From Longimicrobiales bacterium (lineage in GTDB: Bacteria > Gemmatimonadota > Gemmatimonadetes > Longimicrobiales > Gaopeijiaceae): a stretch of 64,000 bases of DNA. Position 1 is the first letter of the stretch. Each line of letters starts with the position of its first letter. The position numbers and the translations under genes were made by a program. Under the pieces are notes generated by a model, which was not told where the DNA came from, did no database searches, and saw only the letters and a program-made list of their open reading frames with translations. Below, in pieces: positions 9,859-19,940 of this stretch. The DNA lies in the NCBI GenBank assembly GCA_965226375.1, contig CBDDCX010000007.1, positions 224,001 to 288,000 on the forward strand. The letters run 5' to 3'.

Positions 9859-10908
9859 ATGCGCGAAGAGTCTAGCGAGAAGGTGCAGTCATCAGAGAGA
9901 GACGTCGCGTCAGAGAGAGACGTCCCGTCGCCTGACGCCGAAGGTCCTGTGGACGACGTCACCGAGCGCGGACTGGATCGCCGCGAGGCACTCAAGTTGG
10001 GAGCCGCCGGGCTCGGCCTTGCTGTGGTCGGAACCTCGGCCGGTTGCACGATCGAGTCCCACGCCCGAGGGTCCGGTTCTGTGCAGGATCTGGGCCCGGC
10101 ACCCACGGATCTCTTGTCCGCTCCTCCGATCGACCAGGTTCGCATCGGATACGTCGGTGTGGGCCTCCAAGGGAGCGCCCACGTCCGCAATCTGCTCAAG
10201 ATCGAGGGCTGCATTATCCAGGCGGTCTGCGACGTCGTCCCCGAAAAAGTCGAGCGAGTTCAGGATTGGGTAGTGGAGGCCGGCTTCCCTCGCCCGACCG
10301 GATACACAAGGGGCGAACGAGACTTCGAGCGCCTCTGCCAAGAAGAGGATCTGGACCTGGTGTACAACGCCACCCCCTGGGAGTGGCACGTTCCGATCTG
10401 CACGTCCGCCATGGAGAACGGAAAACACACGGCGACCGAAGTTCCGGCGGCCTACACGCTGGAGGACTGCTGGAAGCTCGTGGAGTACGCGGAAAAATTC
10501 GAAAAACACTGCTCCCTGATGGAAAACGTCAACTACGGGCGCATGGAGATGCTCGCCTTCAATCTCGTCCGCCAGGGACTGCTAGGAGAGATCCTGCACG
10601 CAGAGGGTGGATATCTGCATGATCTGCGAGCGATCAAGTTCGAGGACAAGGACGAGGGTCTGTGGCGCCGCGCCCACGCCATACAGCGGAACGGGAATCT
10701 CTACCCGACGCACGGGCTGGGGCCCATCGCCAACTGCATGGACATCAACCGTGGCGACCGATTCGCCACGCTGGTCTCCATGAGCAGTCCTTCCAGGGGT
10801 CTCCAGGACTGGGCCGAGGCCAACTATCCGGCGGTCGCGATAGTCGGGATGCCACGTCGCTGGGATTCCATTGAGATGCCCGGGGCGTTCGGCGTGCTTG
10901 AAAGATAA
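9859..10908 (+). pseudogene. Tat-exported Gfo/Idh/MocA oxidoreductase, GH109-like, 3' truncated
   Basis: RREALKLG Tat motif, VGVGLQG, NATPWEWH, TEVPAA, MENVNY, YPTHGLGP. Similarity stops abruptly near 10830. Confidence 0.75.
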
Positions 10909-11110
10909 GAGGCGGTTTTTCGAAGCTCTGACTGGCTTCTGGACGGACTTCAGAGGGGTCGGTGCATGTCTGAAGTGTCCCCGAGTCGTCGTCATCAGGC
11001 ACACTGTGAGGCAAGGGCCGTCAGACTCGTCCTACATGTCAGTCCCGGACCCCCACCATCGTGAGACTCAGAATCTGTCCATGTCTGGATGGGCCTATGT
11101 CTGAATAGGC

Positions 11111-12913
11111 CTACGTCATGAAGCCCACTCGCGGTAGCAGCTTGAAGACTCCCCAGCCGGACAACACCGCGACGATCATCCCGAAGGCGCCGGACGCCAG
11201 CTCTCCGTACAGCAGGAAGCCCGTTCCGAACAGCGCGCCGTACACCATGGTGCATCCCAAGAACCAGGAGAGCAGTCCGGCGGCGAGCTCCCCACCGCCC
11301 TGCGCATCGGTCCCCTCCACATCGGTGCCCTCCGAGGCCTTCAAATCGCCTATCACCGCATCCCACCCCCGGCCGAGGGGGCGGATGTCCCGGTAGAACG
11401 CCTGGAGCGTCTCCGTGTCCACCGGCGGCGTCATGAACGTCACGGCCAACCAGCTCACAGTGGTGATCGCAACACCCACCACCAGCGTGCTGGAAGGATC
11501 CCATGCCTCGAAGCCTAGGCGAGTGTGGAAGAAGGCGAAGTAGATGGCGACCAGGAACGAGATCACCATGGCGGAAATCTCACTCCAGGTGTTGACCCGC
11601 CACCAAAACCAGCGCAGGAGGAACACCAGACCAGTGCCCGCCCCGATCTGTAGCAGGATCTGGAACGCCTGCATGGCATTCTCGAGCTGTAGCGCTACGA
11701 TCGACGCGAGGATGATCAGCCCGACGGTTGAGAGGCGCGCCACCCGGACGTAGTCCTTCTCTTCCCGGTCCGGGGCCACGAAACGGCGGTAGACGTCGTC
11801 CACGATGTACGACGATCCCCAGTTCAGATGTGTGCTGATGGTCGACATGTATGCCGCGGCAAGCGATGCCACCACCAGGCCCAGAAGACCGTGAGGCAGA
11901 AAAACCAACATGGCGGGATAGGCCAGGTCGTGGCGGATGACGGATGGATCCACGTTGGGGAATGCGACCTGTAGGTCGGCGAGTGTCGGATAGACGATCA
12001 GCGAAGCAAGGGCCACCAGGATCCAGGGCCACGGACGCAGCGCGTAGTGCGCCAGATTGAACCAGAGCGTGGCCTGCATGGCGTGTTTCTCATCCTTGGC
12101 GGCTAGCATGCGTTGGGCGGCATAACCTCCACCGCCGGGCTCGGCGCCGGGGTACCAGGTACTCCACCACTGCACGGCGATGGGCACGATGAAGACGGCC
12201 GCCGCGGTGGACGGATCGGAGAAGTCCGGAAGGAAGGACAGCTTGCCCGAGACGGCCGGGTTGGAAATGAGGCCCGAGAGCCCCCCCACCTCGGGAAGTC
12301 GCAGCGCGTAGACGGCTGCGGCGACAGCACCGATCATCGAGATGGCGAACAGGAGCAGGTCCGTGACCAGGACGCCCCGCAGCCCCGAGGTGGCTGCGTA
12401 GAGGACCGTCGCGGTTCCGGCGATCAGCACCACCGTGTACTTGTCCGCCCCGAGGAGCACGCCACCGATCTTGATGGCCGCCAGGGTCACGGTAGCCATG
12501 ATCATGACGTTGAAGAACACCCCCAGATAGATGGCCCTGAACCCTCTGAGGAACGCGGCTGAGCGTCCGGAATAGCGGAGCTCGTAAAATCCGATGTCGG
12601 TAAGGACGCCGGACCGCCGCCACAGCTTGGCGTAGAAGAAGACCGTGCACATGCCGGTGATCAGGAAGGCCCACCAGATCCAGTTCTGGCTGACCCCCCC
12701 GGTACGCACGAGGTCTGTGACCAGATTGGGTGTGTCCGTCGAAAACGTCGTGGCCACCATGGAGGTCCCCAGAAGCCACCACGGCATGGACCGGCCCGCG
12801 AGGAAGTACTCTTCGGTGCCGCGCCCGGCCCGCCGGGCGAACGCCAGTCCCACGGAGAGGGCCGTCAAGCCGTATAGGCCCAGGACCCACCAGTCCAGTG
12901 TCGAAAGCTGCAT
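11111..12913 (-). CDS. Sodium:solute symporter (SSS) family transporter
   Basis: EYFLAGRSMPWW, TSMVATTFSTDTP, AQRMLAAK, AAYMSTISTHLN and many TMs. Confidence 0.92.
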   Translation of the reverse strand: MQLSTLDWWVLGLYGLTALSVGLAFARRAGRGTEEYFLAGRSMPWWLLGTSMVATTFSTDTPNLVTDLVRTGGVSQNWIWWAFLITGMCTVFFYAKLWRRSGVLTDIGFYELRYSGRSAAFLRGFRAIYLGVFFNVMIMATVTLAAIKIGGVLLGADKYTVVLIAGTATVLYAATSGLRGVLVTDLLLFAISMIGAVAAAVYALRLPEVGGLSGLISNPAVSGKLSFLPDFSDPSTAAAVFIVPIAVQWWSTWYPGAEPGGGGYAAQRMLAAKDEKHAMQATLWFNLAHYALRPWPWILVALASLIVYPTLADLQVAFPNVDPSVIRHDLAYPAMLVFLPHGLLGLVVASLAAAYMSTISTHLNWGSSYIVDDVYRRFVAPDREEKDYVRVARLSTVGLIILASIVALQLENAMQAFQILLQIGAGTGLVFLLRWFWWRVNTWSEISAMVISFLVAIYFAFFHTRLGFEAWDPSSTLVVGVAITTVSWLAVTFMTPPVDTETLQAFYRDIRPLGRGWDAVIGDLKASEGTDVEGTDAQGGGELAAGLLSWFLGCTMVYGALFGTGFLLYGELASGAFGMIVAVLSGWGVFKLLPRVGFMT

Positions 12914-13956
12914 CAGGGCTCCGTTCCCGAAGATTCGTTCTGGTTCGTCAACGCTCGGAACGCGCTCCGAAGATTCGCCGGATAGCGGCCCTCGGCAACG
13001 AGCGCCTCTATCCGCGACCCAACTTCCGATCGATCGTCCGGGAAGGTCACGCCGAAGCTCGGCACACCCGACTCCATGGCTCTCACCCGGGCATCACCGG
13101 TGGCGATGAGCCCGTTCAGCGCATCACTCAAGTAGAATTCAGGGGGGCCTTGGTCGGCCGGCTGTGCGAGAAGGGCGCGGAAGCTGCCCTCGAGAAGAGG
13201 GAAGATGTCGGGTGTGAATCCCCAGAGCCCCATGGAGGCCGGTTCGTCTCCGGAAAAAGCGAGCGATGTGCCGTCAGGAGTCTCGCCGACGATCCCGGAA
13301 GACGTCCGGTGGACTCGGAGCACTTCACGGATTTCCTGGACGTGCCCGCGGGAGTCTGCCTGGAGGATGGCCCTGGAGACCTGCGCCCCCGCTGACAGCG
13401 TATCCGTGAGACGATAGGTGACGGCCAGACACTCCCGTTCGCCACTCGCGCCCCGTGTGCCCAGTACGTTCCCCGAGCCAAGTCCGTTCAAGTACCGTGG
13501 AAGCACCTCCAGGGGGGCTCGCCCGTAGAAGTCGTCGGCATTCACGACGGCGAAGGGAACGTGGACGACGTCCCGAGCGCTCCACACGGCGTGGCCAGTC
13601 CCCCAGGGTTTGGTTCGGCTCGGGGGAAGTGCCACACCAGTAGGGAGGTCGTCCAGGCGCTGGCGAACAAAGCGACACGGCCACGAACCGGCAGTTAGTT
13701 CTTCGATGTGCCGTGACACGGCGTCTTCGATCTCACGACGCACCACCAAGACCGCGCCGCCATATCCGGACCGGGCGGCGTCGAAGAGGGTGTAGTCGAG
13801 GAGCGCTTCTCCCTGCGGGCCGACGGCGGCAAGTGGCTTCACCGCGCCATACCGAGTCGACATGCCCGCGGCTAACACGACGAGGGTAGGGGAGTGAGTC
13901 GGAGAGGGGTCGGGGTCTGGAGGCCCCACGTGCGGCGAGATCGAGGCGGGGCTCAC
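12913..13956 (-). CDS. Sugar-phosphate nucleotidyltransferase family protein
   Basis: VVLAAGMSTRYG, KPWGTGHAV, VNADDFYG, EFYL. Confidence 0.85.
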   Translation of the reverse strand: MSPASISPHVGPPDPDPSPTHSPTLVVLAAGMSTRYGAVKPLAAVGPQGEALLDYTLFDAARSGYGGAVLVVRREIEDAVSRHIEELTAGSWPCRFVRQRLDDLPTGVALPPSRTKPWGTGHAVWSARDVVHVPFAVVNADDFYGRAPLEVLPRYLNGLGSGNVLGTRGASGERECLAVTYRLTDTLSAGAQVSRAILQADSRGHVQEIREVLRVHRTSSGIVGETPDGTSLAFSGDEPASMGLWGFTPDIFPLLEGSFRALLAQPADQGPPEFYLSDALNGLIATGDARVRAMESGVPSFGVTFPDDRSEVGSRIEALVAEGRYPANLRSAFRALTNQNESSGTEP

Positions 13957-14034
13957 GCTTGGGGTCGGAGTGGGGTGGGTCTGAATGAGATCATGGATAG
14001 TCGTGGGAGACTACCCGCTGCTATGTCCGGGTGC

Positions 14035-14070
14035 AAAAAAAACTCGGCAGGGGGGCGAATCCCTGCCGAG
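14035..14070 (-). terminator. Rho-independent terminator
   Basis: 10-bp perfect stem CTCGGCAGGG/CCCTGCCGAG followed by T8 on the minus strand. Confidence 0.85.
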
Positions 14071-14205
14071 CTTTATACGGCGTCGAGCATCATCACGTCA
14101 TCCACACATCACCCACCCGGGCTCTTCCGCCGTCCCCACATCATCATCATCATCGTCACAGTTCACCGTTTTTTTCGCCGGACTTCGTCTCCTCCGTCCG
14201 ACGTC
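14035..14205 (-). ncRNA. Candidate ~170 nt small RNA or small-peptide transcript
   Basis: Bounded by a sigma54-like promoter and a strong terminator. Contains (GAT)n and multiple GGA motifs and no substantial ORF. Confidence 0.45.
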
Positions 14206-14215
14206 CATCTCTATG

Positions 14216-14230
14216 ACAAGGTCCGTGCCA
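14216..14230 (-). promoter_or_regulatory. Putative sigma54 -24/-12 promoter
   Basis: TGGCAC-GGACC-TTGT on the minus strand, one mismatch to TGGCAC-N5-TTGC. Confidence 0.45.
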
Positions 14231-14602
14231 GAATCGAAACTTGTCTCTAACCGACTTACTAATAACGAGTTACATCGATTCGACGTGAAAGTGCGGAGGC
14301 ACCGGAGGTGTTCGAATACGGGACAGGTGTCCCGAAAGCTGGACGGGAGTGGGGTGGGAAGCGAGAGATGCTACACGGCCAGGGCACACCTCACGATCCT
14401 CGTTGGTTGGGTCAGCATGCCGACCTCCGTGCCTACTCCACAGTTGGTGCACTCTTACGTTCTGGGGGGTTCGGGAGGCCCACAAGTCGGGGATCGCCAA
14501 TGTGCGTGCAGGGGGGCTCACCACAGTGTCGGCGGTTGGGCTCGCTCGGACGTTCAAGGGAGACCTTGGGGCAGATCGCCCACGCGTATAGAATAGGAGC
14601 CG

Positions 14603-14686
14603 GCCGGGATGGTGGAATTGGTAGACGCACCGGACTCAAAATCCGGCGGGCTTCGGCCCTTGGGGGTTCGAGTCCCCCTCCCGGCA
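14603..14686 (+). tRNA. tRNA-Leu (CAA)
   Basis: GCCGGGA/TCCCGGC acceptor stem, anticodon loop CTCAAAA, long variable arm GGGCTTCGGCCC, GGTTCGAGTCC T-loop. CCA is not encoded. Confidence 0.97.
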
Positions 14687-14688
14687 CT
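14633..14688 (+). repeat. attL: 56-bp direct repeat (3' half of tRNA-Leu)
   Basis: Identical to 20649-20704. Confidence 0.95.
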
Positions 14689-14804
14689 TAAGGTTTGAGC
14701 GGTTTTCCACATCGGAGGTCCCCGGTCTGGACATACCGATGGACATATAAGAAGGCCCCGACTCCCTGGTGGAGGTCGGGGCCTTGCTCCGTTGATGGGT
14801 CGGG

Positions 14805-15980
14805 CTAGGCCAGTTCCTTCAGTTCCACCCGTTCGTCGGGCTCGTTCTCCACCAGGTGCAACAGGTGGCTCTTCATGAAGGTGTAGTACGACATCGTCGT
14901 CTGAATATCAGCGTGGCCCATGGCGCGCTGAACGATCGCCGGAGACTTACCCGCTTCGAGCCAGTTCGTGACCCGGCGGTGGCGTAGATCGTGGGGTACG
15001 AAGTTCTCGGGTAGCTTTGCCCGATGGCATGCGTTGCTCATCGCCGCGCGGAACGCCTTCGGGCGGGTGCCAGCCTCCGCGTTCTTCTTCCTCCGTTCGT
15101 GGTGGAAGACCCAGGGGGTACGTCCGATGCCCGGATACGTCGCGAAGCGGTAGCGGCTCGCGTGCTCAGTCAGGGCACGACGGAGTCGTCGCGTTATCGG
15201 TACCCATCGGGACTTCCCCGACTTCGTTCGGTGGTCGTGGCGACCCGATACGATCTCGATGGCTCCATGGGAGCCGAACTCCCAATCGATGTCACCCCAC
15301 TGAAGCCATAGGCCCTCGCTCTTCGAGCGCATCCCCGTTTCGGCGAGGACGGTCACGTAGGTCTTGAGCATCGGGTTCGCCTCGCACTCGGCCAGCAGGC
15401 GATCGAGTTCATCGTCGTTCAGGATCACGGGTTGCCGCTTGTCGTACTTTGGGGGCTTCGTGGCGCGCACCGGGTTGGCGTCCAGCAGACACCACTCCAC
15501 AGCCTTCTCGAAGACTAGGCCGAGTATGGCACGGTCCTTCTCTATCGTCCTCCCGCTGAGCGGTTGCGAGAGGCGTTCACCGCTGGGTCCATGCGTTCGG
15601 CGCCAAGCCATATAGCTGGCCACGTCACCTCGATCGAGGTCGTGGAGCTTGGGATCGCGCAGTTTGACTACGAAGAAGTGGGCGAGGGGTTTGAGCGAGT
15701 GCGGATAGCTCTCCGCAGAATTCGGGGCGAGCCCGGGCAACACATCGCTCTCGAAGCGTGTGATGAGTTCCGACATGGTCGTTACCCCCGGGAGCCCGCG
15801 CTTAACCCGTCCGTGGAGTTTCTTGAGCCTCTCGTGCTCCTTCTTCGCAAACGTCTCGACCTCGGATCTCTTCACGTCAGAGAAGTTGTAGGTCTCATAT
15901 TTGCCACCGATGCAGAGGCGCAGCCGGTACGAGCGGCCTCGCTTGTCGATTGATCCGGGGTGCGTCTTTCTGCGTGCCAT
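14805..15980 (-). CDS. Tyrosine recombinase / phage-type integrase
   Basis: ETGMRSKSE, TKSGK, HDLRH, MGHADIQTTMSYY and an N-terminal arm-binding region. Confidence 0.95.
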   Translation of the reverse strand: MARRKTHPGSIDKRGRSYRLRLCIGGKYETYNFSDVKRSEVETFAKKEHERLKKLHGRVKRGLPGVTTMSELITRFESDVLPGLAPNSAESYPHSLKPLAHFFVVKLRDPKLHDLDRGDVASYMAWRRTHGPSGERLSQPLSGRTIEKDRAILGLVFEKAVEWCLLDANPVRATKPPKYDKRQPVILNDDELDRLLAECEANPMLKTYVTVLAETGMRSKSEGLWLQWGDIDWEFGSHGAIEIVSGRHDHRTKSGKSRWVPITRRLRRALTEHASRYRFATYPGIGRTPWVFHHERRKKNAEAGTRPKAFRAAMSNACHRAKLPENFVPHDLRHRRVTNWLEAGKSPAIVQRAMGHADIQTTMSYYTFMKSHLLHLVENEPDERVELKELA

Positions 15981-15983
15981 TCG

Positions 15984-16649
15984 TCAGTCCTCCTTGGGTG
16001 CTTCCGTGTCTTCGGCCAGTTGTTTGCGCAGGGCGACTTTCAGGCCCTGGCACGATAGAACGACGAAGTCGTTTAGTTCGGGGTTGGGAATACGGGCTGG
16101 GGCCACTCCAAGCACCTTCAGTGATGCGTTCAGCGCCTTCCCGGCTGCGACGGAGTCTTTCAGCCAAGTGCCTTCGAGCTTCGTGGCCTCGGGAGCAGCA
16201 CTCCGTACTTGATGGCTTCTAATGGCCCTCGTGAGGTCCCTTGCGGCTTCCTTGGCGAAAAGGGATAGGCGGGTGTACTCGGGGAACCCTCGTCTGACAG
16301 CCTTGGACTCAGCGTCCTGAAGGGTCTTCAGCTGGGACCTCGTCTGAAGACCGGTCACTGCCGGGCTCGCATCCGTCGGGTCGTCAACCTCTCCCATCAA
16401 CCATTCATAGGGTACACCAAGCACGCTGGCCGCAGCGCGCATGACGGTGGGTCTGGGGTGCGGGGGCGCGCCCTCGCTCATATAAGACCGAAGGCCAGAA
16501 ACGCTCGTGCCCCGACGATCCTCACCTGGTTGAAGAGCCTTCGTAACCCTTTCTGCGAACGTCTCGTAGCTCCACGCTCGGCTCTTCATCTCGCTCTTCA
16601 GACGTTCAGCGTAGATCCGCACTTTTCTGCTCCGTTCGTCGCGAAACAC
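15984..16649 (-). CDS. Putative XRE-like HTH repressor
   Basis: N-terminal helical domain ending AASVLGVPYEWLMGE. Co-oriented with the integrase and divergent from small ORFs. Confidence 0.55.
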   Translation of the reverse strand: MFRDERSRKVRIYAERLKSEMKSRAWSYETFAERVTKALQPGEDRRGTSVSGLRSYMSEGAPPHPRPTVMRAAASVLGVPYEWLMGEVDDPTDASPAVTGLQTRSQLKTLQDAESKAVRRGFPEYTRLSLFAKEAARDLTRAIRSHQVRSAAPEATKLEGTWLKDSVAAGKALNASLKVLGVAPARIPNPELNDFVVLSCQGLKVALRKQLAEDTEAPKED

Positions 16650-16719
16650 CCGCAGAAAGAACAGCTGGCTGTTGTTGGGGGTGAACCGTACACTTTAGTG
16701 TGGAGATCATCACTTTTCT

Positions 16720-16905
16720 GTGGTAAACCAAGAATACGAGGAACTCGACGTGAGATCAAGACCACTTACCGTGGCCACCAGGGTGACCGAAGCGGAGCAC
16801 GAGGCGATCTCGGCCGCTGCTGAAGACAGAGGCACCTCGGTTGATGGTCTCATCAGAGAGTGCTTGATCCCGAAGGTCGCCCAGATCCTCAAGGGACCTC
16901 GATGA
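16720..16905 (+). CDS. Small ribbon-helix-helix-like DNA-binding protein
   Basis: TVATRVTEAEHEAISAAAEDRGTSVDGLIRE pattern. Confidence 0.5.
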   Translation: MVNQEYEELDVRSRPLTVATRVTEAEHEAISAAAEDRGTSVDGLIRECLIPKVAQILKGPR

Positions 16906-17222
16906 CATCTCCCTCACGGATTCCTTCCGATTGCCACCATTCTTCCGTCTTGCTGCTCAGGAACTCCACGATGTAGTGGACGTTTTCTGACATGATGCGC
17001 CTCCCTCACTTGACCCGAAGACGGCAGCAGGGCGAACGTACAGAGCGCGGCCCCCCGGGGTCGTTGCACTTGTGAGGCGTCGGTGTTTCTTTCGCGAGAG
17101 CCCGGCGCCTCGCTTATTGTGATGGTGTCATAATGCGGAGGCGTTGGAACACCGTCAAGGATTATCATGTACACCCATTCGGGAGTGTTGAACTGAAGAA
17201 TCCTGGCAGGGATGTACGTGCT

Positions 17223-17432
17223 ATGCTCGTTAAGCGGATTCTCACCGAAGCCGGACTGACCCGTGCTCAACTCGCTCGTGATACGGGCTTGAATGAGGCC
17301 ACCCTGTGGGCGTGGGTGACTGGTCGCAGGGTCCCCGAACCCGAATCCCTACAGAGGCTGGCCGCTGGTCTCGAGCGTCGCGGCGGTGAGCTATCCGAGT
17401 TGGCGAAGGAACTGCGGAAGGCTGCCGAATGA
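17223..17432 (+). CDS. Small XRE/Cro-type HTH protein
   Basis: GLTRAQLARDTGLNEATLWAWVTGRRVP. Confidence 0.75.
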   Translation: MLVKRILTEAGLTRAQLARDTGLNEATLWAWVTGRRVPEPESLQRLAAGLERRGGELSELAKELRKAAE

Positions 17433-17550
17433 CCGGCAACCCGATCAAGTGCGCCAGATGCGGTGAGGTCATCGATCCCGCCGTGATTGACGAGACCTTC
17501 GAGTTTTGGACGGCGGACGGCAAACCTCGACACAGGGGTATTTGTCCGAA

Positions 17551-18615
17551 TGGGGTATTGCCTTAAGTCCACCGCCCACTACATGTTGTGGTCATGGCGG
17601 TTCCGGCTTCTCAGCTCCGTGGCGGCGTGGACTATCCCCGTACGCGGCTGGAGCTGGACGAGTTCTTCCCCGACGATGCGGCATGCCTGGAGTACGTGGA
17701 GGGTCTGCGCTGGCCGGAAGGGTTTGTGTGCGTGGGCTGTGGCGGGTTGGGAGAGGTCTGGCGAGCATCGCGGGGGCGTCTCGTCTGCCCACACTGTCGA
17801 AGGCAGACCTCGGTGCTGGCGGGAACCGTGTTCCACCGCACGCGCTCGCCCCTGCGTCTGTGGTTTCTCGCTGCCTGGGAGCTCACGAGCCAGAAATACG
17901 GAGCCAATGCTCTCGGGCTCCAGCGCGTGCTCGGACTGGGAAGCTACAAGACAGCGTGGGTCTGGCTCCACAAGCTCCGCCGGGCCATGGTCCGACCGGA
18001 TCGCGACCAGCTGAGCGGCGTTGTGCAAGTGGACGAGAGCTATGTCGGGGGCGTGGAGGCTGGAGTGCGGGGCCGCGAGACGATCAAGAAGGCCATCGTC
18101 GCGATCGCCGCCGAGGTCGACGGACGCAAGATCGGGAGAATACGGCTGCGTTGGGTGCCCGACCTCTCCGCTCCGGTTCTGCGAGGCTTCGTCAAGGATA
18201 GCATCGCACCGGCAAGCACGGTGCATACCGACGGATGGCCAAGCTATCAGGGACTCGCCAAACTGGGCTTTCGCCACACGGTCACGAACCTCTCGACCTC
18301 CGGCGATCCCGCTCACGTGCTCATGTCGGCCGTACATCGGGTGGCGTCTCTCCTCAAGCGCTGGGTCCTCGGAACCCTCCAAGGAGGGATCGCCCGCGAA
18401 CACCTCCCCTACTATCTGGACGAGTTCACCTTTCGCTTCAACCGACGCACATCCCGGGCTCGCGGCCTGTTGTTCTACCGCTTGCTTGAGCAGGCTGTTC
18501 AGTGTGCTCCCACGCCAGCTTCGGCCCTTTACCTCGGCACCGGACGTGGGAAACGGCCCGCAGAGCCCCGGTAACCACTATATCTTGGGGTCGGTGGACT
18601 TAAGGGAATACCCCC
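17551..18615 (+). mobile_element. IS1595-family insertion sequence, complete
   Basis: Terminal IRs GGGGTATT(G/C)CCTTAAGTCCACCG. Direct repeat TTTGTCCGAA at 17541-17550 and 18616-18625. Confidence 0.92.
17588..18574 (+). CDS. IS1595-family transposase
   Basis: Zn ribbon (LRWPEGFVCxxC...CxxC), VQVDESYVGG, VHTDGWPSY, YLDEFTFRFNRR. Confidence 0.93.
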   Translation: MVMAVPASQLRGGVDYPRTRLELDEFFPDDAACLEYVEGLRWPEGFVCVGCGGLGEVWRASRGRLVCPHCRRQTSVLAGTVFHRTRSPLRLWFLAAWELTSQKYGANALGLQRVLGLGSYKTAWVWLHKLRRAMVRPDRDQLSGVVQVDESYVGGVEAGVRGRETIKKAIVAIAAEVDGRKIGRIRLRWVPDLSAPVLRGFVKDSIAPASTVHTDGWPSYQGLAKLGFRHTVTNLSTSGDPAHVLMSAVHRVASLLKRWVLGTLQGGIAREHLPYYLDEFTFRFNRRTSRARGLLFYRLLEQAVQCAPTPASALYLGTGRGKRPAEPR

Positions 18616-18750
18616 TTTGTCCGAAGTTCAAGAATACCGAATAAACCCCGCAGACGCTTAGAACGTGAATACAAGCCTCTGAGACGGCTCCTGCTTGCGC
18701 TTCCCGACCTGCGGATAGGATGTTGAGCACCGCCTGATCTCGGAGTGCCC

Positions 18751-19865
18751 ATGTCCGATCCCATCGTCCGCCTGAACGCCGCCCTCGAGGGCCGCTACGC
18801 CATAGAGCGTGAGCTTGGCGAAGGCGGCATGGCCACCGTCTATCTGGCGGACGACCTGAAGCACGAACGGAAGGTCGCGCTGAAGGTCCTGAAGCCTGAA
18901 CTAGCTGCGGTTGTCGGCGCCGAACGCTTCCTCGCCGAGATCAAAACCACCGCAAACCTCCAGCACCCGCACATCCTGCCTCTCTTCGATTCCGGCGAAG
19001 CCGATTCCTTCCTCTTCTACGTGATGCCCCACGTCCACGGGGAATCACTCAGGGAGCGCATCGACCGCGAGAAGCAGCTCGGTGTCGAGGACTCGGTCGC
19101 CATCACGCGGAAGGTGGCCGACGCACTGGACTACGCGCACGGGAACGGCGTCGTCCATCGCGACATCAAGCCCGGCAATATCCTGCTCAGTGAGCGGGGA
19201 GAGCCGCTCGTTGCGGACTTCGGGATTGCTCTGGCCGTGGCACAGGCGGGTGCGGGGCGCATCACGGAGACGGGATTGAGCCTCGGCACTCCGCACTACA
19301 TGAGCCCGGAGCAGGCGACGGGCGACCGGGACGTGGACCCCCGCTCGGATGTCTACGCGCTCGGCTGTGTGCTCTACGAGATGCTCGCCGGGCAGCCACC
19401 CTTCTCTGCCACCACTGCCCAAGCGGTGCTGGTCAAGATTCTCACGGCGGATGCACCGTCGATCACGAGTGAGCGGAGGACCGTGCCTCCAAACGTCGGT
19501 GCGGCCCTGGTGAGGTCACTTGAAAAGCTGCCCGCCGACCGCTTCACGAGCGCGGCTGACTTCGCGGCTGCGCTCGCGGACCAGAGCTTCACGTATGAGG
19601 CGCGGGCTCGGACTTCCGTAGCGGCCTTTACCCCGGAGCCGGTAACCACGCCCGCCATAGTGCCTGGCCCTTGGAATCGGCTGACGGTCGCCTTGGGACG
19701 ACCGCTGTCCTCCTTGCAGGGTTGGCCGCCTGGGGCTGGCTCCGGCCATCTCCCGAGCCCGGCGTCACTACGCGGGCGTCAGTGACAGGTGTCGGCATAA
19801 CTGCCTCGGGTGGTGGCTGGAGGCTCGCGATCTCGCCGGATGGCCGTTCGATTCTGAAAGCGTGA
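18751..19865 (+). pseudogene. Hanks-type Ser/Thr protein kinase, frameshifted at the TM and truncated at the start of its propeller domain
   Basis: ELGEGGMATVY, VALK, HRDIKPGN, DFG, GTPHYMSPEQ. The TM and AISPDG continue in another frame after ~19697. Confidence 0.85.
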
Positions 19866-19930
19866 GTTGGGTGAAGGCGGCATGGCTACGGTTTATCTCG
19901 CCAAGGACTTGAAGCACAATCGCGAGGTGC
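19861..19930 (+). pseudogene. Second short kinase fragment
   Basis: Encodes RELGEGGMATVYLAKDLKHNREV, paralogous to 18808-18877. Confidence 0.7.
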
Positions 19931-19940
19931 GGATGGGTAC

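Larger units (their letters stand above)
17429..18644 (+). pseudogene. 46-aa CxxC...H...C micro-ORF interrupted by the IS1595 element
   Basis: Removing the IS and one target duplication restores MTGNPIKCARCGEVIDPAVIDETFEFWTADGKPRHRGICPKFKNTE*. Its start overlaps the upstream stop (ATGA). Confidence 0.55.

Noticed and set aside
14703..14711. Isolated perfect DnaA box TTTTCCACA
   Set aside because: A single 9-mer can occur by chance and there is no cluster.
18636..18652. ACCGAATAAACCCCGCA, similar to the candidate SOS box
   Set aside because: The second half-site is broken and it overlaps the end of the reconstructed micro-ORF. No repair gene is nearby.
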